From the NCBI GenBank assembly GCA_024137785.1, contig JAHRHZ010000070.1, positions 1,501,296-1,565,295 of the forward strand: DNA of 64,000 nucleotides. The letters run 5' to 3'. The stretch comes from Ginglymostoma cirratum. Lineage: Eukaryota. Position 1 is the stretch's first letter. Every line of letters starts with the position of its first letter. Positions 25,764 to 38,500 of the stretch are shown one piece after another. The translations under genes and the position numbers were made by a program. Under the pieces are notes generated by a model. The model did no database searches and had not been told where the DNA came from. It saw nothing but the letters and a program-made list of their open reading frames with translations.

Positions 25764-25929
25764 CTGCCCAGTATCTTGCTGACACAGCCGTGGCTGACCC
25801 GCAGTTGCCGAGAGATGTCACAGGGTCTGACTCCCTGGTGTGCAAGTTCTACGATGCGTTGTCTCACCACGTCGGGAAGGGGCCTGCCGTTCACAAATAC
25901 TCCTCCCAGCTGATTCACACCCCCATGCC
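25764..25929 (-). CDS. PAX2: Pax2 exon 2, paired domain N-terminal part ([10 protein letters not shown]...[10 protein letters not shown])
   Basis: Acceptor ttttgcag|GG and donor AG|gtgag; 166 nt, in frame with exon 1. Lies within ORF 25760..26185 and is a canonical Pax2/5/8 paired box. Confidence 0.98.
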
Positions 25930-28683
25930 CTGCAAAACACACACAACTGAACTCATCCCAGGTAGAACTGCAACCTGAAAGAGAGCAAAAAAAGACAAGG
26001 GTGGGGGGAGAGAGAGAGAGAGAAAAGGGAGGAGTGGCGCAAAAGCAACAAAATAATGGAAGGAGAAAAAAGGGCGGGAGGAAATGGGAATAGAAAGAGA
26101 AAAGAGAACGAGAGGAAAAAAAATCGAAAGCATGGAATAAAGAAATTACATATATGTGGACACGTGTAGTAAAACAGCGATACATTTTTAAAGTTCACAC
26201 ATTAAATTATACATAAAGGCACATGAAATGCCTTATTTTAAAACTACATTACTTCCATTTATTGATTCGTTCTGCCTTCTTACGGAATACAAAGCCCGTA
26301 TATTTATACATTAAAATCTCTGATACCGGATTAAATTAATGTATCTCACACAATATGACGTGGCAGTTTTGACAAGCAGAAATATTCATTGCACTTTGAA
26401 AATTGAGGATCATCAGAATTTTTAAAAAAAACCCATGTTTACCACTTTTGAATTAGCTTCCATTTTCATTTGTCGAGCAAGTGTGGATTGTATTGTGAGT
26501 GTGTATGTGTGTATGTTTGACGGGGCGGTAAGATGATCTGTTTGTTAAACGGCACGCTGGTATCTGCGCGGTTAGAGTGTGGAAAACAGCGAATTACAAA
26601 TGTGTAGGGTTCCCTCGCTGCAGGGCTTCGGAGGAGGCGTCTGAAAATTCCTGTCTCGGTTTCTTCTGCTCTTGTAGTGTGTGTGTCTGTGTGTGTGTCT
26701 GTGATTTGGAGGGGTGTGGGGGTGTTGGTGAGATCTTTTTATCGGGGGTACAGTTTGCTTTGCTCGGGTGACAATCAGCAATTTCAGTGAGTGGAAAATT
26801 GTTTAAAAAAAGTAGACAATTTCAGCATGGGGCATTGTGAAGCTAAAAAGGGATCTATGGATTCATATGACTTATAAATGCATCTGCCAATCTGTTAATA
26901 TATATAGAACACATAAGTTACAATCTGTAATAGGGTGCATATGCTGGGCACCGATTAATTAAGTGGACCAATTGTTTACGTTTCAAAACTTGCACACACA
27001 GCTCATGCAGCTAGTCCTAAATAACGTGTCGCTTGCCTTGTGTTATTTTCTTTAACTCCAGACGTTGTGTTATTTATTGTGGCCATGCTGTTTAATAACG
27101 GACAGAAGGAATTATATCAAACGCCTCGCCTTATTTACAAGACTTGTGTGATTCACTGGAACAAGAAGGAGACAAGGGTGATCTCCTCGCACTCAGTGTA
27201 CTTGTCCGAAGTTTATTTACACTGGAGTGACCGCGGTTATTTCGACAACAACGCAATTCCTTCGCTTCAAACACTAACTCAATGATGTGACATCGTTCTA
27301 ATTCTGAATTGCCCCGAAATGAAGACAGACCGGAAGATTATAAATATGGATTTGTGCAGGACAATCTTGTACAGAATGGTTATTTAAAAACAAAACTCTT
27401 TAAAATCTTTCTCGATCTTCCCAACACATTTTAACTCGATTCCCACTGTAATTTGATTATGTTAAAAAGGAAACAAAGCATTTGCCAATCTGTCCTACAA
27501 AATACAACTGGGAGAGCGAGGTAAAGTGCTCTCTAATGATAGCTGTTTTGTTCGCGCTTTTCCTTTGCCGAGATGTGGTTTGAAGTTACTATCTGGCAAA
27601 ACTCCTATCTGATTCAGCATCAATAATTCAAACCAGCTTTGATATCTTAGATTCGGTATTATTTGAAAGCTGCATCATCAAGGGAAGATTAGAATAAATA
27701 ATTTAAAAACATTTTACGCTGTTATTTCTGTTAGCGTTATAAGTATGCGTTTACCTTTGCAAAGAAAATGGCAATACGTGAAACGAGTTATTTTCCTCTC
27801 AACCCGACGTTAATTTTCTATCGAGGTTGGTATGAATTACAAATTATTTTAATAATCCAATCCAGTGTAATAAAAGATATCTATTTGACTTCATATATAT
27901 ATGTTAGTGCAGTGAATCGGTTTATAGTGTTTGAGGGATTTCTAATACTATGGGGCCCTACACGTGGTGAATGCTGAAATCAGAAACGGGATGAGCCGGC
28001 ACTTGTCAAATCCGGGCTGTATGAAAAGATTATTTCATTGCCACCCGAACTCTCGGGGCTCCCTTGTAAATGTTATCTTTTACAAGCAGCTAGAAGCGAG
28101 AAGAAACAAATTCTCAAGAAGGACAGTGAGAGAGGAAGAAAGAAAAAGAGAGAATCTTCTACCTGAGAGTTACTGGTAAAAAAGAAAGCAACGTGACAAG
28201 CCGAATGTTAGAAGATATTTGTGAGCGAAGCTTGGTTAATATGTTTGGCGAGAAAACCACCCACTCTCCCTTTACAATCGAGCAGAGAGTGCGAGGGAGA
28301 GACTCGTTGAATGACCTTCTTAAAAGCTACACAACTCCCGTGAGCTTCAAGCATCCCCTTTTATTTTTCCAGTGCAATTACATTTGGTCTGCTTAATATT
28401 CCTCAAATTCTCATTTTAATATGTGCAGTGATCTTTCTGTTATCAACGTAAACAACCCGAACATGTATATTTAGATGTAAGTGACATTTTGTCAAGTAAA
28501 TAGTCCTTGCCTTTATTAATAAAATTGCCCTTTTATGAAATGTGCATCTCGTTACGTTTCTGCGCTAAATAAATATATTAGCAATTACAATTAGAAAGCT
28601 TTATTAATTTGCGCCTCGCAGCACTAATAGTTCATTTAAAACTGGCGTTAGAAAATACAAAGTACAATTAATCTCTTACTCAC

Positions 28684-28726
28684 TGTGCATAGCTGAGAAT
28701 GGATCTGCTTTACAATGTATATCCAT
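28684..28726 (-). CDS. PAX2: Pax2 exon 1, coding part (MDIHCKADPFSAMH plus first base of Arg)
   Basis: Reverse complement reads ATG GAT ATA CAT TGT AAA GCA GAT CCA TTC TCA GCT ATG CAC A|gtgagt: 43 nt with a consensus donor. The N-terminus matches the Pax2-type MD(M/I)HCKADPFSAMH. Confidence 0.96.
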
Positions 28727-29365
28727 GAGTGCCAACGCTACAGAAATGAAGGGGACTGAATCCGCCGTCTCGTCTTTTAATTAAACGCTTACGTTAATGC
28801 AGAAAAAAATAACATTGACTGTAAACAAAACAAAACAAAAACAACTTTTCTCTGTCTTTTTTTTCCTCCCCTTTTCAGCTGTGGCGTCGAGCGAAAATAC
28901 TAAAACTACTCCGGGAAAGAAAGTTGTGACTGGCGGCCGGCGTCCTCACTCGCTGTTCCCGGTGCACGGAGAGATGGGGAGAGATAGGTCGGCAGTCGCA
29001 CAGGTGAGACACATGTCCGTCCAGTTTTCTGCAATGTTTTTGGAGTAAATCAGTCGGAAACCAAGTCTCGGATTTATAGACTGTTTAGAGACCGAGGGAG
29101 AGAGAGAGAAGCGCACACGCAGTGACGGGGAATGAACGCGCGATGCGTCGTTTTGGCAATTTCACTGTCCCTCTGAAAATTTCTGTACACCTTCACTCAA
29201 ATCCTTTGCTTTCGCCCTGTCTCCTCAGATGCGACTGATGAGTGCCTGAGTTGCACCAGGGTAACAGGCCGGTCTGCAGGGCGGTAGTGCCCAATGGAGC
29301 CAGAGAGCGTGTCTCTGGTTAGTTTCTGCTGCTGGTTGCACGTTTTGAAGTACAGACTGGAGCCC
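28727..29365 (-). other. PAX2: Inferred Pax2 5' UTR (non-coding part of exon 1), CpG-rich
   Basis: Lies directly upstream of the ATG and is CpG-dense. GGCTCCAGTCT at 29364-29354 resembles the 5' end of the mammalian PAX2 mRNA as recalled; the TSS is not directly observable. Confidence 0.6.
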
Positions 29366-29500
29366 GGGTTCTGCGTGGCTCTCTCTAAAACCCTGCGCAG
29401 ATTCCAGCCACTCCAGTCCCCTTTAGAAAGATGGATGACTTGTCAGACAAAGCCAATAGATTACAACACATTGTGATTCGCCAGCGCAGATTGGACCCCA
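29350..29500 (-). promoter_or_regulatory. PAX2: Pax2 proximal promoter
   Basis: Minus strand reads CCAATCTGCGCTGGCGAATCACAATGTGTTGTAATCTATTGGCTTTGTCTGACAAGTCATCCATCT...TTTTAGAGAGA...GGCTCCAGTCT. It has two CCAAT boxes and a TGACA (TALE-type) site, and resembles the mammalian PAX2 promoter as recalled. Confidence 0.7.
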
Positions 29501-29544
29501 AATGAGGAGGTCCCGTGATCTGCCAGTGTTGAGAGTCACCATTC

Positions 29545-30310
29545 GCAAACACACATAAATAAATAGAGACACACACAGACACTGACATATACGCGCATAC
29601 ACACACACATACAGACACACATAGACAGACACACGCATACATGCACAAACATATACAGACTCACATATACAGACTCAAGGACACACATTCACTCATATGC
29701 AGAAACATAGATACACATTAGTGTACAGAGTCACACATTTATATTCAGACACATGCAAAAACATATACAGAGAACTACACATACAAGGAGAAACAGACAT
29801 ACATACACTGAGACACAGACACGCACTCAAATACAGACATACAGAGACAGGTACTCACAAACACATACACAGAGACACAAATATACAGACGAATACACGA
29901 ACATGTGCGACACGTATATACACAGGAACACATACATGCAGACGGAGAGAGAGAGACACTTACATAAATGCACTCTTATAGAGGCGCACACAAATACATT
30001 AATTTATATAGAGCCATGAAGTAACGTACAGAGACACGCATTCACACTTAACAGAGCCACAAACACTCCACCACACGCACACTCGCATATACGCACGTGC
30101 TCACATATACAGACATATATAGTCGCATATACGCGTAGAGACATACAGTTATACAAACACATACACTTGCAAATACATCGATGCATACCTCACACACGCT
30201 TTCCAGATACATTGACACACGCATACACACTTCATGTATACAGAGGCACGCACAAACTCAACGCACATAGACCTGGGCACATAGACACTCAATTCTCATT
30301 CATACGCATA
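29545..30310 (+). repeat. Degenerate (CA)n/(CATA)n/(CAGA)n tract directly upstream of the Pax2 promoter
   Basis: About 760 bp of alternating purine-pyrimidine low-complexity sequence; explains the His/Thr-rich and Cys/Val-rich spurious ORFs. Confidence 0.9.
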
Positions 30311-33300
30311 CCACTTAATCTTACACTTTAGCACAAATACAAAACCTAAATTCGGAATCTTGAGTTTAGATGTTATTTGGGGGAATTGAATTACGAAACA
30401 GCCCGTTTGACATGAACAAGACGATAGGATAAATGGAATAAGTAGACAGACCATAGTCAACTCCACACATTATCCGTATTTCGTTTAATCTGGGTCTCGC
30501 TGCACTTTCTTCTAACACATCATATGTATTCCTGTCTTATTTCCAAATTGAATTCTGCGGGAACAGTCTCTCCCTGTACATCTGTTTGTTTTAAACAGAT
30601 TGACTCTTTATTGCAATCAGCCGCTTCCAAAGAAGGATATATATCAAACGACAACTATGGTGCTTCCACTTCCTGAGATGTTGTTTATATATCTGATTAT
30701 ATTAACCGGTGTTTCTGTGCAATCAAGTTACTTAACCAGCCCCAGCCGCCGCACCCCTCCCCCATACAGACCCCGTTAGTTCACCTGAGCTGTCTATACG
30801 GGGCGGAAAGTGAAATTAGATTGACAGACTTTTGTTCAAAAAAAAACGTTTCTGGTATATCAATAGAGTTTACAAATCACACTTTGCCCTGTCTCTCTGA
30901 AGTTTTTTTTATTAATAATGTTTGCTCTTAACGTTTCACTGAGTCCATGTGTAGACGCATCAATTTAGTGACCCACAGCAATTTCAGTCACATAGCATGG
31001 GCCGACCATGCAAAAGTACTAAAGCCTCAAACTCATTCCTTCTTAATAGCTTTCAGAATTCGCCATAATCTTTCTGCAATGGGTAGTTAATGTGCGTTTC
31101 ATTTCTTCACTTGCCTGTTCGCCGACCAGAATCTTTCAGGTGCCTATTTGTTTTATTGTAAAGAAATGATTTGTGTATGTGCAAGGTTTTGAGCGATAAA
31201 TGGAGTGAGTTAGGCGTCGTGTCGCCCAGAGTTCTGCAGGTGGCGCTGGCTTCTAACTTCTCTGAAGTCAGATCACTTCGGTAAAAGGTTGTAGGTGAGT
31301 TCAAAGTTGGAAATATTCACAGTTCCTTGAGCTCAGCGCTCACTCTCCCGGGACACAATAGAAACCTTATTTTTGTAAATATACAATATATATAAAGAAT
31401 AACTCCCTGAAACACTGGCCAACATGACTTTTAAAAATTTCTTTCTAGGCATAAATTTGCAAGTGATTATGAATGGAATCTCTGTGTGATCTTTTCTCAA
31501 TCAGATTATTCGATACAAATATGGGTATAAAGGCTACTCGCTGTTTAGTTGTATTAATTTCGCTATTTACTACTGTAGCCCTTCTTGGAATGGAGTCAAC
31601 AGTCTGATTTCTCGGTGACAAATCATTTAATCTGTCATCAAGCCGCTTGTTTTCAAACGATTTTCTGTCATCGTGCGCTGCATATTGTAATTGAAATCTT
31701 TTCTTCGCGTATTGTCTCCCTCGCCACCCCCTCCTCACTCCAGACCCCCAGGTCCATTTCTGTAGTTGAAGTAATTTTAGTTTGCAAACAATTCCCGCTT
31801 TCACTGTTCAGGTTGAGAAGTGCCGGCGGTGACCCTGCACAATATCTATCCAAGCACAGTTCAGGTCCAAAACTAAAATTCATGTAATGCTAAGGAAAGC
31901 TTTCAACTCAACTCAACCCACATAATTCAGATTATACTTTAATATCTACTTAAATAGTGCAGGCAGCTATTAGCTGCTGATCAATGTTAATAAAATGCAA
32001 TTGATACAAAACAGTAAAACCCGGGATTAACTGTGGGCAGGGAGGGACAGTTAGGGAGCATTTCTGTAGCTAGGAATATTTCTGGGTCTTTCATTTATTT
32101 CTTTTTCTCGCTGGGGATGGATTCCGGGAGACAGTGTCACATTTAGATGTTTTACCCTCCCCAACTAAATGTGAGGATGGCACTGTCATCCCGTTCGAGA
32201 GAACATTCGAGAAGCACCCGTGGAAATTCATTTGACCGAGCGCAGGAGTTAGTTCAAGGCTCTAAATGTTAGTCGGACTGGGGCACAGGGAATGGTCACT
32301 GCGCTTCAGGAAGGGCTTGAAACTCGGAATTGCAACCGGGGGACAAGCATTTACAACTCAAAACGCTGAAGGGGAATAATAGCGCAATGGGGCGAGATTC
32401 TGTGTCACTTTTGCTGCAATCATTTCCCAACCCCATTGCCAACAAACTCTTTTGGTGTGTCCGGTTTAGCAGTTGTCGGAATTTTCACCGCGCGGTTGAC
32501 CTTATAACAAACCAAAAGTGATAGTCATTGGAAAGTAACATGCTTCCAAACTCGCTGGTTTAGGTTTTTTTTCGTTAAAATAGTGTTTTGCATCACCCGC
32601 GAGAGAAAAGTGACACTTTTTCTCCGCGGGATGGTCCCGACAACAAACATTTGATCAGTCCTTGTATTTATTTTTACAATGCCCTTTGAGACCGTAGCAA
32701 CGCACAGTGCTGGATTTATTTAGTCGTGAACAGGGGCACCAACGCATCTTGGATTATTAATCGGTGTATGATAGGCGGCAACAGTGGCCTTGTTCTGTTA
32801 AACTACAATGCAGGCTGATTTGGGTGTTGGGGCAGTCCGTTAGTCGGCATTTTAAGAAATAAATAAACGACATGACCAAAGGTGGACCGGAAATCAACTC
32901 TATTATCTGAGGCGCAACTTGCAAAACTTTGGATACCAGTCTGACAAGAGGGTGGGAGAGACTTGGAAGGGATTTGGGGGAGTGATGGTTGGGTGACCCC
33001 GCTGTACAGCCATTCATTAACCTATTTCACAGGAAGCCTCTCTCGCTTTATTTGCACTTCAAAGAAATGTGCCGTCTCGCCCAACGGAAATTAAAGAAAA
33101 ATAAACTTTTTTTTGTGTTGGGGGGGTGGTGGTAGTGTGGAGAAGAGGAGGAGGGAGGGTGAGGACAGGAGAGTGTGTAGCGGAGAGAGGAGGTTGTGTG
33201 TGGATTCTGGAAATTAGCCCTTGTCCGTTGCAGTCAATCTGCATTTCACTTGATACACTATGCGAGAGAGGCAAATCCCTTGATGCTATGTTGTATCCAG

Positions 33301-35059
33301 GCTGCTCTTGTCCGTTCACTTGTTTAACTCTATAATCGTGTTAGGTGTAAATAAACTGGCTCGATTTGACGCCTTTCGGTGTTTACACGCGGGATTATCC
33401 GTGACGGTGTGTTTGCCTTTGATGTGAAGCGTTTAAAAGTTAAATATAAAAGTGGACAGCACGGGAGGATAATGAATTGGAAATTACTCGGGCTGCAGTT
33501 GGATGTTCACGATATACATGTGTGTTTGCTCAAACAATGGTTTCCACTTGAAGTTCTCGGTGCAAAAAAAATGACTAATCTTTCATTTTAGGTGAATGAT
33601 TTTGAGCTTGTCACCAATTTATTTCCTCAAACACACAAGCACCGTTCCTTTCTGAAGCATCTTGTCAATGCAGTTAGCAGGTAACTGTAGTGGGATGTTG
33701 GGATCTGGTGGGATGTATTGCAAACTCTATACTGTTAATAGATAATACTGGGTGTTTCTGGGGTATATGTGTGGGGGGAGGGGTGGGATTTCACGGGACG
33801 GGGGGAGGTGAGACAGTGTCAGAGCCGTGTGGAAGTTGCACGCTCCCGATGGATAGGTATGATTTCCCTTACAGAGATGGACAATGAGAAAAGAAAGATG
33901 GCATTAACTAAGCTTCATTGAGTATTTACAGATAGATGGTCACACGCATCTACACAGTCCAAGATTGGGTCTATGTGTGCCTGCCGATCCATAAACATAC
34001 GCACACTCTCGGATTATTGTATATACAGTCCAACCACAATATATAGGCCCTAGTCAACCCCCAAAAAACGGGCAAGCGGATTTAGAAGTGCTTTAAGATG
34101 TGCTGGCGAGACACGAATGAGCGGATGGTTCCAGTTTGTGCCCTTGGCTAGGTTTGGGTTTGCTGGATATGCGCGTTTTAGAAAAGTTGAGGCATTCTGC
34201 TCGCAAATGTAGCGGCAATTTCACAGTCCGGAGAACATTTTGCCTAAAGCAACTTGTTTTTTTCCCTTCTCCTTAATCCCTCTTATTCCCCCCTCCTCAC
34301 TTGTCTCGAACCCCTCCCCAAGATTATTGCCCTCTTCCTTGCAGTGCTGGCTACATCGAAGAAACACGATGCAGGGATAAAATAAACGTTATACCCAATC
34401 TGGTCACGCTACATCGGTAATAGCCTATTTTCTCTTTTTTTTGCATCTGCCTGCTTTGAATGTTAATAGCACACGTGCAGAGGTACTTTGGAGCCACCTT
34501 ACAATTAACACTTTTTTTCCTTTCGGAATAAGGAGCAGAAAATGTTACATGTTTTATATCTGGCCGGCCTGGGCAAGGGATTACACGCCAAAATTCACAT
34601 TTCTATTGAAGTGTTAGCGAGGCGTAATATAACTGCAACCTTCAATATGTGATGTCCAGAGAAAGTTTGTTTTTTGGTTATCATTTGATAAAACACTCAC
34701 GCCCCCAAATTTTAAATGACCCTTTTCATTTAAAAAATAAATTAAGCTTGTTATAAAGATATGCACAAAAATGAATATTTGCAGAATTGGAGACTCTGTC
34801 CACGGAAGGCTTCTGTTATAGTTTCTTATCCATGGTTATAACATCAGCAATAAAAGAAAACCTAATAGGACAGATTTTGTTCTAAAGTATTATCTCCTTT
34901 TAATCACCTCAACAACAGCAACCCCTACCCTCAATATATTGGCAATGTGTTTCATCCTGGGCTTGTTCATTCTGTGGATGCACCATGCTCTACAGTTAGC
35001 CAGGCATGTGAATCTCACCTGCAAAACGCCGGTGCTAAAGACACCTGTAGCAAGACTAT

Positions 35060-35580
35060 GCAAGACACACACACACACACAGAAACAATATCAAACAGAC
35101 ATACAAACATCTAAACAAAAAAATAATATTGACATACATGTATAAACATGTAAGTACACAAATGACGCACATATACAGATTAATATGCAGACATTTCCAC
35201 TCACATTTATAAATACAGAAACAATATTGACACGTATATGCAGATATGTTTACGCACATAGACACAAACTATACACAGACGCATATAAATGAACAAAGAA
35301 TATTGACACACATGTATATGCACACAGACACAAATTTTACACAGGCATATATTAATACACGAAGAATATTGACACATAAATCTAGAAGTAAACCTAGAAT
35401 CGACACACATGCGCAAGTACATAAACACAAATACACAGACACAAGAAAATATTAGCAAGTACATATATCCAGTTAAACATATTTCATCATATTGAGAAAA
35501 TCATTTGCGGCACGTATACACAAATATGGATCGACATATACCTATGTACATATGTATATAAACACACATGTGCACACTGG
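35060..35580 (+). repeat. Degenerate CA/TA-rich minisatellite with recurring AATATTGACA
   Basis: Motif occurs near 35125, 35223, 35299 and 35365. Confidence 0.75.
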
Positions 35581-38500
35581 TAAATTGATAGATCAGGAAA
35601 ATGGGCTCAAAGTAAATACATCGATCTTCCTCATGCACATGTATGTTCTGAATACACGTAGCCACTCACTGATTAAGGAAGCCATGTATTCCACGCAGAA
35701 ATCACGCGGATCCCAGGCTCTCCATCTCCACAACACATGTTTGCAAATAGAAAGACAGAGATGCTCCGGGATGTGTAAGGATTTAAAACGCGCACCTTTA
35801 GTTTGTGAATTTGCTGATTTAGAGCGGACAGTTTTCCTGTGTGTCGAGCGGTGGCGAATAAATCAGGGGAAAAAATAAGATGAAAAATGGGGAGAGAGTC
35901 AGTTGAAGAGAATCTTATCCCTAACAAAATCTAAAAGTCAACACAACAGGATGAATTACATCAAATACGCTGAAGAAATCAGTGGTATCTGAATACTAAA
36001 CCAGGAACGGAAACCGGTGTAGGAAGGGGATGAGGTATTGAAATTATTAAGAAGCCGCAAAGAAGGATGAAATATATTTTTTCTCCGAGTCTGGCTGGAT
36101 TATATTTAAGATAGTAGAGCATATGCATAGGATTTGTATAACGCGCCACAGACTGACCTCACTGTTTTTCAGCAAAGTGGTAATCTGAGCAATTTCTGGA
36201 TGCAGTGGCTGTGTTTGAAACTCTTTGCATTATAATGTTTCTCCTCTCTCTTGATCAGAGAGTCCTCTTTTGGATAGTAGATGTTTAGTGGAGAAATGTA
36301 ATTTGGGAATAGTGGAGATTAGACAACAACCCCCACTCCCAATAACACCCCCCCCCACACACACGCACAAAATTGACCCCCTAATTAAAAGCCGCCTGAG
36401 CGAGTGACAGAAATCCATTCGTCTTTAGCATCAGCTGCTGGTTGACTGCGACCAAGCATCTCCAGTCGGAGACGGGACTGGATGGAGCGCCCACTCCTCT
36501 TCCAACCACCCTCAGCCCCCTCCCCTCAAAATCTGTGCGCTGGGGTTTTCCACCTTCTCCACCCCACTTCCCCAACACCCACGCCTCCCTCCACCCCTCC
36601 TCCAACAACACTCCCCTCCCCACTTCCCCCCTCCCCTTTCAGCCAGGTGCTGGTCAGTCACTGAAAACTCAGAATGCATCTGCCTTTAGCTCCGTTCAGC
36701 CCCCTGTGTCGGAGGCAACTTTAACGATCGATGTATGGGTCTTACACTGCCATAGGACCCGGTGCCAGTGGGTGTGAGTTTTAGCACATAACGTCTTAAC
36801 CATCTTGCTGACTTTTCTTATATTAAAAAAAGAACATTTGCATTGTGTGTAATTCGATATCTTGACGCGGCGGTAATCCATTAAACGGGATAAGGTGAAC
36901 GGTTTCTGAGATGGTGTTTACTTAACCCGAGAATTGAACAGTCAGGCAAACCATTAGAGATTATAAATTGATAATTTGGGAGTGAAATTTTATAATCGGC
37001 TAAATTTGTATGGTTGCACCTTGGATGGCTGGTTGAATTTGATAGTAAGGATTAGGATGGCAATACGAAGTTTTATACATTGGAGAGAGAGAGAGAGAGA
37101 GCGAATAAAATGCGGGTCTCTCGCCTTCATTGCTTTACCTTGGTGTAAAAAGAAAGTTGTTTCAGACGCCAGGAGAGCAGCCTAATAGGACAAACACCAT
37201 TCCTATTTGCAACTTGCCAATCAATCCGTCCTATCGATAGATCAATTAGTCTGTCAATTAATATATCATATGAGAAGTCGAACTTGCGAATTCGTCATTT
37301 ATTTTTGAGTTTCTAGGCGAAGCCAGCAATCAAATGAGAAGCAGTTGTTGAGAATATTTCTAAACACACTCGTTAGCGTTTAACCAGAACAATTGTTGCC
37401 ACGGTGTCCTTAGACTAAAAGGGTCGCGCCCATGCTCACCCAGCCTGGGTGCCGGAACCTGAGAACGAGTATTTGCCTTTGGAACTGAAATATTAGTTCC
37501 CCAACAATAGACATCGTTGTCTTACAGAGTGTCCTGTATACGCTAAGGTACTATTTCTCAGCTTTGCTGTTTGAGGCCGTGGCTTACACACACAGAGCAG
37601 CCAGAAATAAAGATTCGGAGTTACTCATCATTGAAAATAATTGCTACACAGCTGTGACTTCGTATTTATGTAAAATTAATTAGCGTCACGTAACATCAAC
37701 TCGCCCAGGCTTGCTTCGCTGCAACGCATTTGTTTTAAACGTTGCAGTATATGTTTAAAAGTAGAAGCATGCACCTTCCAAAATAAAACAGAGGACTTGA
37801 GGAAAAGTTTGTCGATTATGGCCCACATCACTGGCGGAGAGGCAATTGACAACTGGGGATTCTCGCCTCAATTTGGATGAAATTTCAAGAATTTAATTTT
37901 AAAAAATCGTCCTGTACTTTAAATATAACCGCTCAAAAGGCTTAACTTGCGCAGTGTCTGCAATATTGCATAGCTGCTAAGAATGCCACAAACCAATTTG
38001 TGCGCTATGTTATAATGCTCGGGTTGAGTCCAGGATCCTGCCCTGCGCTAATGACCACATGCACGTTTGCAAATGTAACGGGGTACCGATGCATTCACTC
38101 TTTTTTAAAAACCCTTCCCCCGTGTGCAGGGACTCTCGGGGAGGTAGGGGGCGGAGGGTGCTTGCAGTTTGTAGGAAAGTGAAGTTTGCATTTGCAGGAG
38201 TCCTCCCCGTAGCCGTTAAGTGGCCTCTCTTTCCGGGAGAATAGCCGTGGCAAGGCAAGCGCAACGGAAGGGAAGCGGATTGCCTGCAGAGTATCGATCG
38301 AGACATCCTTTGGCCGAAAGACAGAAATCTCATTCACAAAAATTCTATCTTCGCGGCTGGCGCTCTCTTACTGAAAGGAGATTGGGGGGGGATCTTTATT
38401 GTGAAAGAAACAATTTTTGCTCCTTCATCTCTGGAATTTTTTTTTGTTTTAAACCAAATCGTGCAGGTTAAATCGCAACAATCTAATTGGAAGTAAATAG

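Noticed and set aside
25930-26185. Phe/Leu/Ser-rich N-terminal extension of ORF 25760..26185
   Set aside because: It is the pyrimidine-rich end of intron 1. The real exon starts at the AG at 25931-25930 and splices to exon 1.
29385-30230. His/Thr-rich and Cys/Val-rich ORFs (also at 35056-35464)
   Set aside because: They are translations of CA/TG low-complexity repeats.
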